This document shows positions 41,101 to 49,483 of a stretch of 64,000 bases of DNA, piece by piece; the first letter of the stretch is position 1, and every line of letters begins with the position of its first letter. Origin of the DNA: Bacteroidia bacterium (GTDB taxonomy: Bacteria; Bacteroidota; Bacteroidia; M30B66); contig OZ257142.1 in assembly GCA_965279035.1 (NCBI GenBank), positions 2,240,001 through 2,304,000 of the forward strand, in the 5' to 3' direction. The notes under the pieces are model-generated. The model was not told the origin of the DNA. It did no database searches and worked only from the letters and a program-made list of their open reading frames with translations. Position numbers and translations under genes: made by a program.

Positions 41101-42507
41101 TGTATTAATGGCTTTCTTTTGAGCCGCAGTATCAAGGTAAATTAGCATATTTCTACAGCTAATTAAATCCATATGCGAAAAAGGCGGATCACTTAGAATA
41201 TCATGCTTTGCAAAAATACACACATCCCGAATTGCTTTATTTATTTGATATACATCTTTCTTTTTAGAGAAAAAAGTAGAGATTCTTTGGGTTGAAACAT
41301 GTTTTAATTGTTTTGCAAAATATTCACCTTTTCGAGCTTCTTGTATTGATTCTTCACTCAAGTCAGATGCAAATAATTGAATTTTGCATGCCGAATTGTT
41401 TTTAACGAATTCTTCGAAAAAGAGCATGGCTATTGAATAAACTTCTTCTCCTGTTGAACATCCTGCAATCCAAACTCGAATCGTATCAGTATGTAATTTC
41501 CCTTTTATTAATTTGGGAATAACTTTTTCTTTTAAATAATGGAATGCTTCTGTATCACGAAAGAAATCTGTAACATGGATGAGCAAATCTTGAAAAAGCA
41601 ATACACTCTCTGTTTCATTTTTCAAATAAAATTCAGCATATTTTTTAACAGTTGTTAATTTCAATAATTGCAACCTTCTAAGTATTCTACGTCTTATCGT
41701 TGTTAATTTGTATAAACTAAAATCAACATTATATTTCTTAAATAGATGATGTAGAATTTTATTGAAATCAGGATTCTCCGTATCAATGGTATCATCTTGA
41801 TGAATAGATTCTTTATTAAATAATGAAAGTTCTTTTGATTGACTTATCTCCATTAATTTATGAGCCATTTCCTCCGGCGAAAGAATATAATCCACAACTC
41901 CAGCATCAATTGAAGATTGGGGCATGCTTTTAAATTTCGCCGAATTATCTTGAGCCATTGTAATGCCTCCAGCTTGTTTTATTTCGGTTAATCCACGTCT
42001 TCCATCACTTGCATTCCCAGAAAGTACAATTCCAATAATATTGCTCTTGTGTGTTAATGCTAGAGATGAAAAAAGAACATCAATGGATAAATTATACGAT
42101 TTGCTTTTCGGTCGTGGAATTAATTTAATATGACCATCGGTAACTTCAATGTCTCGATTATAGGGAATTACATATACATTATCAGGTTCCATTTTCTCCA
42201 TATCCTCAATGTCTTGAACTTTCATTTGAGTGACTTTGGATAGAATTGAAGTCAATATACTTTTATGGTCTGGGCTTAAATGTTGAACATAAATATAGGC
42301 CATTCCAGTTTTTTCCTTCAAGCAATTAAAAAGATTAGTTACGGCTTCTAAACCTCCTGCAGATGCTCCAATTGCGACTATTGTAAAATCTTTCTTTCTT
42401 GCCAATATTTCACTTGCGTTTTCATTTCTCTTAGTATTTAGTGTCTTTTGAAATTTATTATTTTGGATCAATTCGGGGGATTTATTTATTATTTTTTCCT
42501 TGGGCAT
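38170..42507 (-). CDS. CheB-CheR-PAS hybrid histidine kinase/response regulator
   Basis: CheB GASAGG/QH/DG; CheR FFRD, AGCSTGEE and SCRN; coiled coil; PAS domains; SHEIRTP; GGTGLGL; REC with MDIQMP and KP. Confidence 0.9.
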   Translation of the reverse strand: MPKEKIINKSPELIQNNKFQKTLNTKRNENASEILARKKDFTIVAIGASAGGLEAVTNLFNCLKEKTGMAYIYVQHLSPDHKSILTSILSKVTQMKVQDIEDMEKMEPDNVYVIPYNRDIEVTDGHIKLIPRPKSKSYNLSIDVLFSSLALTHKSNIIGIVLSGNASDGRRGLTEIKQAGGITMAQDNSAKFKSMPQSSIDAGVVDYILSPEEMAHKLMEISQSKELSLFNKESIHQDDTIDTENPDFNKILHHLFKKYNVDFSLYKLTTIRRRILRRLQLLKLTTVKKYAEFYLKNETESVLLFQDLLIHVTDFFRDTEAFHYLKEKVIPKLIKGKLHTDTIRVWIAGCSTGEEVYSIAMLFFEEFVKNNSACKIQLFASDLSEESIQEARKGEYFAKQLKHVSTQRISTFFSKKKDVYQINKAIRDVCIFAKHDILSDPPFSHMDLISCRNMLIYLDTAAQKKAINTFHYALNQGGYLFLGKSETIGSSTNLFSLSSKKHKLYCRKSLSVSKRIPEIITRISLESDSKKTSSIKPIPKRIFPNSNKIDDFFDALLLDHYIPASVVINYNLEIILFRGATSHYLKHGSGKASLNILKMVHIGLAFELRNAIQLAKKLKNTVRKNALEIYSDSNNKTIQLVNIEVRPLMIDGEEPLLVIVFTGNKIHDDSEHSKKGIKSYTTNKDIRIKKLEAELAAVRAEMGTITHLHEEANDELQIVNEEIVSSNEELQSLNEELETSKEEIESTNEELIISNKEMHVRVQQIEDLYNYYETILTTIYEPMLILNKKFKIISANKSFYTLFKTSQNKCIGNSFFSIGNNQWNISILKDLLDNLVNKNKEFHQIEVEQDFTQIGTKTLLLNAHIVVQPKNNEELVVLTMNDITETKKLAFELQLKEKNELLENLRTERLNSKNIEESNKRYNILLLDSPFAISILKGEKMIITLANDSIKKLWGKGNDIEGKALFDVLAELKTSAFPELLRQVYLTGKPFYGTEMHTPLIRNKKLEDVYFSFVYQPYREADETISGVTIIAYDVTDQVKIKNELIEAKTIAVSDKKIAEIAVKAKQLFLSNMSHEIRTPMNSIIGFTNALLKTSINKEQKDFLTAIKLSGDALIVLINDILDLAKVDEGKMTFEKKTFNIRKAISAIKLLFEQKLEDKNLKFHIHYDPKLPSKIVGDELRLRQIIINLIENAIKFTEKGKIEFRIQLLSENKESIRILFSLKDTGIGIPKEKQKQIFDNFEQASENTTRLYGGTGLGLAIVKKLIELQGGKISLVSSPKKGSTFLFELDFIKEKGQIEDITVEDNSTQDLLSNPPKTDSTDKIILVVEDNALNRLLMKTLLIEYGCKYDFAEDGEIALNMIKSKKYDLILMDIQMPVMNGFEATSYIREKLKSNVPILALTADVTDLDIRKSKEVGMNDYITKPIDEKILFNKMDIYLNTSTNE

Positions 42508-42739
42508 AATGGTACTATTAGTTCTATAAAGGTATGCACATTCAATCTATTAAAAGTGAAAGAGAAATTAACAGGAATGTCAGTAATATAGATTATTTGA
42601 CTTCAAATTGAATTTGCATTTCTAGTATTGCGCCATTGGTTCAATTAATAATCTATTTAATAGATTATACTAATTCAATTGAATTAAAAAAAATCCCTAA
42701 TGGCTTTTTAAATGAGAAACTAGATTTTTATAATTGGAT

Positions 42740-42991
42740 TCAATGAATCAATTTATTTTGATTCTGAATTTGTTTTAATGAACGAATGATATCCTCTAAA
42801 CCGTTCGACTTAATAACGAGCATCGTTTGTAAAAGTTCTCCAAGTTTGCCTTCGGGAAAACCGTTTCTGCCAAACCATTCTAAATAACTTACTGGTAAAT
42901 CGCATATCAATACACTTTTATATTTGCCAAAAGGCATGCGCATTTTTACTAATTCTAAAAGGAGTTTATGATTAAATTGAGGTATTTCCAT
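42740..42991 (-). CDS. DUF3820-family protein
   Basis: MPFGKYK...LP..YL.WF...GFP.G.LG signature. Confidence 0.85.
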   Translation of the reverse strand: MEIPQFNHKLLLELVKMRMPFGKYKSVLICDLPVSYLEWFGRNGFPEGKLGELLQTMLVIKSNGLEDIIRSLKQIQNQNKLIH

Positions 42992-43245
42992 TTTGGGTTA
43001 TTATAAATCGATAAATGTGAATTTGGTAGAATTTTCAAGAATTGTCAATACTACTTATTTCTGGATGACTATCCTATAAATAAAATAGGCTAAATAAACT
43101 TTACAGCTGTATCAATGTTACATTAATCTTATTCAATCATATTTTAGTTTCTATATCGACTTAAGTAATAGAAATAGATTTGAGAGTTCAATCTACATTG
43201 CTGATAATAAGTAGCTTGGAAATTGTTTGTATGTACATCGATTTC

Positions 43246-43259
43246 TTATCATAAGTCAA
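43246..43259 (+). promoter_or_regulatory. possible Crp/Fnr-type site upstream of yceI
   Basis: TTATC-ATAA-GTCAA resembles TTGAN-N4-NTCAA; a Crp/Fnr gene is adjacent. Confidence 0.3.
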
Positions 43260-43314
43260 TGCACGTTTCGGTAGATAGGCTCAAATTTGCTTTCCTAATA
43301 AATCTAAAAAAAAC

Positions 43315-43893
43315 ATGAAAAAAATTGGAGTTTTTGTTGCCGCAATCATTGCGTTAGTTGCATTTAAACCACATGAGGAATCTACGTGGAATTCGGATAA
43401 GGCTCATGGAAGTCTTAAATTTTCTGTAGTGCACATGATGGTTTCGGATGTGGATGGATCGTTTAAAATTTTTGATGCAACAATTAAATCGAAGAAAGAA
43501 GATTTTTCGGATGCAGTTGTTGAATTGAAAGCAGAAACAAGTTCAATCAATACTGACAATGAGCAACGCGATGGACATTTGAAAAGTGCGGACTTTTTTG
43601 ATGCCGCAAAGTTTCCAGCTTTAAATTTCAAAAGCGTAACATTTACTAAAGTAGCCGATAAAACGTATAAAATAGTTGGTAATTTAACAATGCATGGAGT
43701 AACACGTTCTGTTACACTACAAGCTGTTTTGAAAGGAATGGTAGAAAATCCGATGATGAAGAAAATGGTTGCTGGATTTAAAGTTTCAGGTACTATCAAA
43801 CGTAGCGATTTTGGGATTGGTGCAACAACACCAACTGCAGTAGTAAGCGATGAAATTGAAATTGTATCAAACATCGAATTTATCAAGCAATAA
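43315..43893 (+). CDS. YceI-family lipid/isoprenoid-binding protein
   Basis: W..D.AH, SINTDNEQRDGHLKSADFFD, GNLTMHG and RSDFG motifs. Confidence 0.92.
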   Translation: MKKIGVFVAAIIALVAFKPHEESTWNSDKAHGSLKFSVVHMMVSDVDGSFKIFDATIKSKKEDFSDAVVELKAETSSINTDNEQRDGHLKSADFFDAAKFPALNFKSVTFTKVADKTYKIVGNLTMHGVTRSVTLQAVLKGMVENPMMKKMVAGFKVSGTIKRSDFGIGATTPTAVVSDEIEIVSNIEFIKQ

Positions 43894-43915
43894 GAATTTG
43901 CACACCATACATTGT

Positions 43916-43946
43916 AAAAGGCAGAATTCAATCTCTGCCTTTTTTT
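43916..43946 (+). terminator. intrinsic terminator after yceI
   Basis: aaaaggcaga / tctgcctttt stem followed by a T-run. Confidence 0.7.
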
Positions 43947-43982
43947 ATGTTTAAATGTTCCATTCCTTCTTATTTTTGGAGC

Positions 43983-44561
43983 ATGTTTGAGCATCTGAAA
44001 AAATACATGGTTGACAAATTTCAATTGGATGAAAATCAAGTTGAAAAAATTCGGGATGTATTTATTCCCCACTTTATTAAAAAAGGCGAATCATTTTTAG
44101 TGCAAGGTGAAATTTGCAAGCAGGGTGCTTTTGTTACTCAAGGTTGTTTGCGAAGCTTTGTTACCGATTCAAAAGGCAAAGAGCATGTTATTCAGTTTGC
44201 TCCCGAAAATTGGTGGATTGCAGAACAATTAAGTATGTCGAGAAATAAACCTGCGATGTATGGCATTGATGCAATAGAAGACACACATTGTTTGACGTTT
44301 ACAAAAGAATATTATTCCAGATTGAATGAATTAAATCCACAAGCAAATGAACTTTTCAATTCCTTATTTATGAATAGTTTTCATGCTATGCAGAAACGAT
44401 TAATTAGTCATTTGAGTGCAACTGGAGAAGAACGTTATCTCGATTTTATTAAAACATATGCTGTATTAGCAAACCGAATCCCTCAAAAAATGATTGCTTC
44501 ATATTTAGGAATTACACCCGAAACATTAAGTAGAATTCGGAAGGAACTTGTTCGAAAATAG
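43983..44561 (+). CDS. Crp/Fnr-family transcriptional regulator
   Basis: cNMP-like domain (GCLR...GKEH..QF) and HTH IASYLGITPETLSRIR; likely start at 43983. Confidence 0.9.
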   Translation: MFEHLKKYMVDKFQLDENQVEKIRDVFIPHFIKKGESFLVQGEICKQGAFVTQGCLRSFVTDSKGKEHVIQFAPENWWIAEQLSMSRNKPAMYGIDAIEDTHCLTFTKEYYSRLNELNPQANELFNSLFMNSFHAMQKRLISHLSATGEERYLDFIKTYAVLANRIPQKMIASYLGITPETLSRIRKELVRK

Positions 44562-44615
44562 CCATTCGAAATTTTAAACTTAAATGTATATGTTTGTTTA
44601 AATTCAAAAACGATA

Positions 44616-44942
44616 TTGATGCTAGGAATTTTACTCATTTATTTTATTTGGAAGTATTTTAATGAATTGGCTTTTGATTATGATAAACCCAATCGTTGGA
44701 TATACAGTGTTTTGGGCATTGTGGTATATTATGCTGGTACTTTTTTGGGTGGAATTATTATTGGCTTGATTTCTATTTATATTTTGGAAAAGGATATAGA
44801 TCAAGTAAATGATATTCTTTTAAACTTGATTTCAATTCCTTTTGGGATGGGAACTTGTTGGCTTTTTTATTTCCTCTTAAAAAAGCAATGGGAAAAATCA
44901 AAAAGGCCTATCGATTCTGACATTTTAGATCAGAATTTTTAA
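44616..44942 (+). CDS. small hypothetical membrane protein
   Basis: Three hydrophobic segments and an acidic ILD tail. Confidence 0.6.
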   Translation: MMLGILLIYFIWKYFNELAFDYDKPNRWIYSVLGIVVYYAGTFLGGIIIGLISIYILEKDIDQVNDILLNLISIPFGMGTCWLFYFLLKKQWEKSKRPIDSDILDQNF

Positions 44943-45018
44943 AGAGATTTCTATTTAAAAGGTTGAATTAAATTTTGAAAAAGATTGATTACGATTAAAT
45001 GTCTGTAATTTATCAATG

Positions 45019-45142
45019 AGCAGTAGGTTCCGATAGCTATCGGAATGCAGTGAATAGCCAGCAGCGTATGGCGAAGCCTTGGCGAAGTCATACAAAAGGA
45101 CTAGCCCTATAAGGGCGAGCAGCGAAAAGCCCGGGAACTGCC
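45019..45142. repeat. GC-rich multi-hairpin extragenic (REP/MITE-like) element
   Basis: Perfect palindrome ttccgatagctatcggaa at 45028-45045; gtatggc...gtcatac stem; gccct-ata-agggc hairpin. Confidence 0.55.
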
Positions 45143-45143
45143 C

Positions 45144-45176
45144 AAAAAAAGCCGAAACCATTGCTGATTTCGGCTT
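45144..45176 (-). terminator. terminator of the porin-Rieske-imelysin-DHOR operon
   Basis: A-run followed by the aagccgaaa / tttcggctt stem. Confidence 0.7.
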
Positions 45177-45195
45177 AATACTGCTCGGGTTGGGT

Positions 45196-46581
45196 TTAAA
45201 GCGATTTTAAAAAGGCGAGCAATGCTTGACGATCGTTTGTTGATAGGTTTTTAAATGCTTGACGCGATGCATCTCCTTCGCCTCCATGCCATAGTATAGC
45301 TTCAGTAAAATTACGAGCTCGACCATCATGCAGAAAATTAGTATGTCCATTCACAACACTTGTTAGTCCAATTCCCCAGAGTGGAGCTGTTCTCCATTCT
45401 TTACCATTGGCTTCGAATTCAGGACGATTATCTGCAAGTTCATCGCCCATATCATGGAGCAGTAAATCGGTATAAGGGAAAATGACTTGATTGGAGATTT
45501 CGGGAAATACGACATTCACACCAGTACGTTGCATTGGCGTGTGACAAGAAGCACATCCAATGCTAGTGAAAATGGATTTTCCTTGTTTTACTTCGGCATT
45601 TTCGACATCGCGGCGCGCTGGAACGGCTAAAGTTTGAATATAAAATGAAACAGCATGCAAAATACTATCACTCAGTTCGACATGTGAATTAGCTGCACTT
45701 TGTTGTGGCTGACCGTAAACACTTTCGAGCGTGAAAATAGGATTACTAATGCCCATATCTTCCACATAAGCACCGGCACTTTGTTGAATAATACTAGGTT
45801 GCCCAGCCTTCCATCCAAATCGTCCCATGGAAAATCGATTTTTTTGAACTTCCCAAACACGGTTGGATTTACCAGAAATACCATCGTTGTTCTGATCTAA
45901 AACATCTTCATTCGCTAGGAGATTGGTTTCAGGTATAGCTTCCAATAAACCCAATCCGAAAACGGGAGAAGCAAGACGTGCCGATAGCATCAAATTAGAA
46001 GGAAGGGTTGTATAGCAGTTGATTAGATTAATTACAGGCTGACGGAGTTCATATTCTTCTCCATCATTCAAAATTCCATGAATATAGGAATAGGAATAAT
46101 CCACATCACCTTCTTTGGGAACTCCATAAATAGAACGTGTTTGAAATTGACCACCATACCCTGGAACACCAAGCGGACCGCCATGTTCGTTTGTTCCGGG
46201 AACGCTAATTCGAATAAGTAATGAAGATAGGGCTTCACCTGAATTAGGTGCTTTTCCACGTCCATCTGCAATGTGACAACTTCCACAGGAAACATTGTTA
46301 TAAACAGGACCAAGTCCACCCACATTGGGCACATTACCACTTATAAATGTTTCGGCAAAACCTACATCCCCAATTTCATGTGTGCGATTTTTAGCGGATG
46401 ATAAATTGGGAAAAGCTGAATTAAATGCACCTGCACCAGCATTGAACACGGTTTGACTACCGCCTGAAAGCCATTCATTTTGGGATTCTTCAGGAAATTC
46501 ATCGGGCTTGGTACATGCAGAAAATGTACAAGCAAGTACGATAAAACAAATCGTGTGTGGAAATGGTATGTATCGTAGCAT
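45196..46581 (-). CDS. di-haem oxidoreductase (DHOR/DUF1111-type) lipoprotein
   Basis: Lipobox FSAC; CGSCH and CASCH haem-c motifs; GLGP, GRFGWKA, DLLLHDMG, WRTAPLWG and LHDGRA. Confidence 0.9.
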   Translation of the reverse strand: MLRYIPFPHTICFIVLACTFSACTKPDEFPEESQNEWLSGGSQTVFNAGAGAFNSAFPNLSSAKNRTHEIGDVGFAETFISGNVPNVGGLGPVYNNVSCGSCHIADGRGKAPNSGEALSSLLIRISVPGTNEHGGPLGVPGYGGQFQTRSIYGVPKEGDVDYSYSYIHGILNDGEEYELRQPVINLINCYTTLPSNLMLSARLASPVFGLGLLEAIPETNLLANEDVLDQNNDGISGKSNRVWEVQKNRFSMGRFGWKAGQPSIIQQSAGAYVEDMGISNPIFTLESVYGQPQQSAANSHVELSDSILHAVSFYIQTLAVPARRDVENAEVKQGKSIFTSIGCASCHTPMQRTGVNVVFPEISNQVIFPYTDLLLHDMGDELADNRPEFEANGKEWRTAPLWGIGLTSVVNGHTNFLHDGRARNFTEAILWHGGEGDASRQAFKNLSTNDRQALLAFLKSL

Positions 46582-46584
46582 GAA

Positions 46585-47670
46585 TTATTGAATGCGTTGT
46601 TGAACCAATGGAAGTAATTGATTTTCGAGTGTTTCTTTTAATGTAGTGATTTGATTTTTTGCTTGAATAATCAAGGCTGATTGTGATATGATAGCAAGTC
46701 CAAACGGATCGGTGATCGCATTTAGGGAAGCAATTGCTTGATTGATGTTTTGTTTGATTTGATTATCGAGCGATAGGTTATACACGCGAACAAAATCCTC
46801 GATTCCTTTTCCGTTTGATGCATACGAACCGAGGTAAATATTGTGCACACTTTGAATGTTATTTCTGAAATCATTCATGGAGTTTTGTGCATAAGGAGAT
46901 TCTTCGAGTGCTGGATTTTGGGCTTCGAAAGGTTCTCCAATTTTTCCTGAAGCAACTTCCTCACAAATGGCAATCATTGCATTCACTAATTCTTCGAATG
47001 CCTCTCGTTGGTTTGAATACACATCGCTTCCAATCCCTGCATTTTTAAATTTCAACAAATAATTCCCCGCTGAATTTACATCCCATTGTTTGGAAACCTG
47101 ATAACACAATGCTTGTAAATTTTCAGTTAATGCAAATAGAAAACTAAGTTCCCTAACACTTAATTGATCGGCTGTTTTATTTCCATTGATACCGAAAAGC
47201 AAATATTCAATTGGATGAAAGCCTTTGAGTGCATCTTGCAATTGATCAATGTATTCGGGTGTGAATTCAACAGAAGAATATAAAATACTATCTAGGTCGA
47301 TACAGTTTATTGGCCATGTATCAATACGCGGATCAATGTTTTCGGTAGAAACTGGACCAAATAAAAATCCTTCCGATTGTTCCCAAGCAGCTCGCGTGAG
47401 ACGCCATTCGTTTTGACATTTTTGAAGTTGATCTTCTGTTTTGTTTGATTGAAGCAACAGAATTTCATTTTTCAATGAAACCGAATGGGCATACATATCT
47501 GAATAAGTAGAAGCAATAACATACGAACTCAAATCGGATAAGATTGCTTGCCTGCTTGCTATGTCATCTATCAAATCAGGCTCTTCGTTTTTTTTACAAG
47601 AACCTAATAAGATAAATGTCAACACGACCAATGAGGTATAGTTAAAAAATGATTTCGGGTAAATCATCAT
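46585..47670 (-). CDS. imelysin (peptidase M75)-family iron-binding lipoprotein
   Basis: Lipobox LGSC; WEQSE.FLFGP, DTWP and the GFHPIE (GxHxxE) motif. Confidence 0.88.
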   Translation of the reverse strand: MMIYPKSFFNYTSLVVLTFILLGSCKKNEEPDLIDDIASRQAILSDLSSYVIASTYSDMYAHSVSLKNEILLLQSNKTEDQLQKCQNEWRLTRAAWEQSEGFLFGPVSTENIDPRIDTWPINCIDLDSILYSSVEFTPEYIDQLQDALKGFHPIEYLLFGINGNKTADQLSVRELSFLFALTENLQALCYQVSKQWDVNSAGNYLLKFKNAGIGSDVYSNQREAFEELVNAMIAICEEVASGKIGEPFEAQNPALEESPYAQNSMNDFRNNIQSVHNIYLGSYASNGKGIEDFVRVYNLSLDNQIKQNINQAIASLNAITDPFGLAIISQSALIIQAKNQITTLKETLENQLLPLVQQRIQ

Positions 47671-47679
47671 GGTTTTAGA

Positions 47680-48108
47680 TTAAGTAATATCAATCAAAAG
47701 TGATAAAGCATCATCCGATAGTTTTATAGGAAAATGTTTGAGGGCTTGGGTTGCTGGAGCTTTGGTGACATTTCCATCGAGAGAAAATGTGCTTCCATGG
47801 CTAGGACAGAATATTTGTTGATCAGACACCGAAACAGCTTCATTTCGATGTGTGCATTGGAGCAATGTGGCTCTGAATTGTCCACTTGCAAATTGATGAA
47901 CGAATATGTCGAATTCGAGATCGGGTGTGCGAACGAGCAAACGTTTTCCTTCGGCAAAAGAAGACAAAGGAACGTTAAGTATATTTTTGGTTGGTTTCAC
48001 TTTCACCATAGGATAGCTTGTACAAGCCGATTGTGTTAAAAGCGTTGTTCCAACAAGTGCGCAGGCCCCTATTTTTACCGAATGGTTGATGAAGTTTCGT
48101 CTGTTCAT
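47680..48108 (-). CDS. Tat-exported Rieske [2Fe-2S] lipoprotein
   Basis: MNRRNFI twin-arginine signal, QSAC lipobox, and CTH and CPSHGS Rieske boxes. Confidence 0.88.
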   Translation of the reverse strand: MNRRNFINHSVKIGACALVGTTLLTQSACTSYPMVKVKPTKNILNVPLSSFAEGKRLLVRTPDLEFDIFVHQFASGQFRATLLQCTHRNEAVSVSDQQIFCPSHGSTFSLDGNVTKAPATQALKHFPIKLSDDALSLLIDIT

Positions 48109-48109
48109 A

Positions 48110-49327
48110 TTAGAATGAATATCCAGCTCCTAAATTGATAAAGCCATTGCTGTTGAAATAGGGCAGGGCAGATGGGTAAGGTGTTAAGACAAGTGATGGA
48201 TTAGGTGTTCCAGTTATCCGATGAACATAATCGAGTTTTACAACTACACCACGAACTGGCATATAGGTGATTCCGGATACAAAAAACTGTTTGTTTTGAG
48301 ATGGATCATGGATGCCGTTAATAGGAACTTCAGCATTCAAATCCATAGCTTCGGCACGTGCAAATACCACTAAACTTCGTTCAGTTTTTGGGTTAAAAGC
48401 TTTGAGGATATTATATCCAACTTCTGCATAAGCGCCCCACATTTTGCCTGGAGTATTATTCGCATAAGCACGGTTAATCGAAGCGGCATCTTTGATTGTA
48501 CTTAATGATCCTAAAACTTTAAACTCAAAGCCATTGGGATTTTGATATTGAACATTGGCTTCGGTCAAAAAAACGGGTGTTCCTAAAACACCTGAATTCA
48601 ATTGTAAACTATCTGCTACACGCTTTACCAATCCAGCACTTCCTCCATAATAGGCTGATGCTTGAAAACGAAATCCTTGTCGATAATACAATAGCGCTCC
48701 AGTGAACGCCAAATTTCCAGCACTGGCATTATTTCCTTCAAAACGGCCTTCACGAATTCCATTGCCTCCTCCAAAATTTTGAGAGTTCAATCCGTTCATT
48801 ATGGCGCATGAGTAATTAAATCCCGGAATGCGTCGGCTTCTTCCATAAAGACTTACTCCGATCTCACGCCATGTTGATGGAATGAGTAGTTGTTCTACAA
48901 AAGGACGATCGTTTCCGTTGAAGATTGTTGGCAAGTGATTCTCATTCACAATTCCGATTCTAGGGATGAATAAACCAGCAGTTATGTAAACGTCGTTATT
49001 GATACCAAACTTCAAGAAAAGCTGCTCCATGCTAATTTCGCCGGAAAGACTTCCTCCTACAATTTTAGCATCTTCCAATTCCATTTCAGAGAAAAACGAA
49101 ATGCGCTTATTGAATTTGTGTCCAAAGAAAAGTACGTTCCGAGTTAAGTTCGCTTTCGCCGTTTTATAACGTGTATCATACTCTGCTTTAAACTGACCAT
49201 ATCCCGAAAGAACGGTTGGGTTTGAACTTGGAGTTAATCCTGCATGCAGCGAATCTTCACGGGTAACAAGCTGTGCATTAATTTGGAGACTGATAAATGA
49301 AAAAAGGAAAATAGAAATGCGTTTCAT
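48110..49327 (-). CDS. outer-membrane porin-like beta-barrel protein
   Basis: Signal peptide, LSGYG, SEMELE, EQ, N..HLPT.F and PSTWRE motifs; C-terminal GAGYSF. Confidence 0.75.
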   Translation of the reverse strand: MKRISIFLFSFISLQINAQLVTREDSLHAGLTPSSNPTVLSGYGQFKAEYDTRYKTAKANLTRNVLFFGHKFNKRISFFSEMELEDAKIVGGSLSGEISMEQLFLKFGINNDVYITAGLFIPRIGIVNENHLPTIFNGNDRPFVEQLLIPSTWREIGVSLYGRSRRIPGFNYSCAIMNGLNSQNFGGGNGIREGRFEGNNASAGNLAFTGALLYYRQGFRFQASAYYGGSAGLVKRVADSLQLNSGVLGTPVFLTEANVQYQNPNGFEFKVLGSLSTIKDAASINRAYANNTPGKMWGAYAEVGYNILKAFNPKTERSLVVFARAEAMDLNAEVPINGIHDPSQNKQFFVSGITYMPVRGVVVKLDYVHRITGTPNPSLVLTPYPSALPYFNSNGFINLGAGYSF

Positions 49328-49356
49328 TGATTAGAAATTCTTCTGTTTAGGTGGTG

Positions 49357-49396
49357 CAAATATAGAAAATGAGTCTATTTAGATTTGGTCTAAATA
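49357..49396 (-). promoter_or_regulatory. -7 promoter box plus palindromic operator (candidate iron-repressor box)
   Basis: caaatata at 49357-49364 (TATATTTG on the - strand); TATTTAGA-tttgg-TCTAAATA perfect 8-5-8 inverted repeat at 49376-49396. Confidence 0.65.
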
Positions 49397-49417
49397 AGAA
49401 TAGATTGAATATAAAAT

Positions 49418-49464
49418 AAAAAAATCCTGTTGATAAACGTGTATCTGTCTATCAATCAGGATTT
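49418..49464 (-). terminator. terminator after parC
   Basis: aaatcctg-ttgata / tatcaa-t-caggattt stem with an A-run on the left. Confidence 0.6.
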
Positions 49465-49483
49465 AAAATGGAGTAAAAAAATA

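Noticed and set aside
43404-44072. 222-aa minus-strand ORF
   Set aside because: It is an antisense shadow of yceI and the Crp gene, crosses a terminator and has no recognisable motif.
44955-45161. 68-aa ORF (likewise 17768..17980)
   Set aside because: Translation of structured repeat elements, with no protein-like features.
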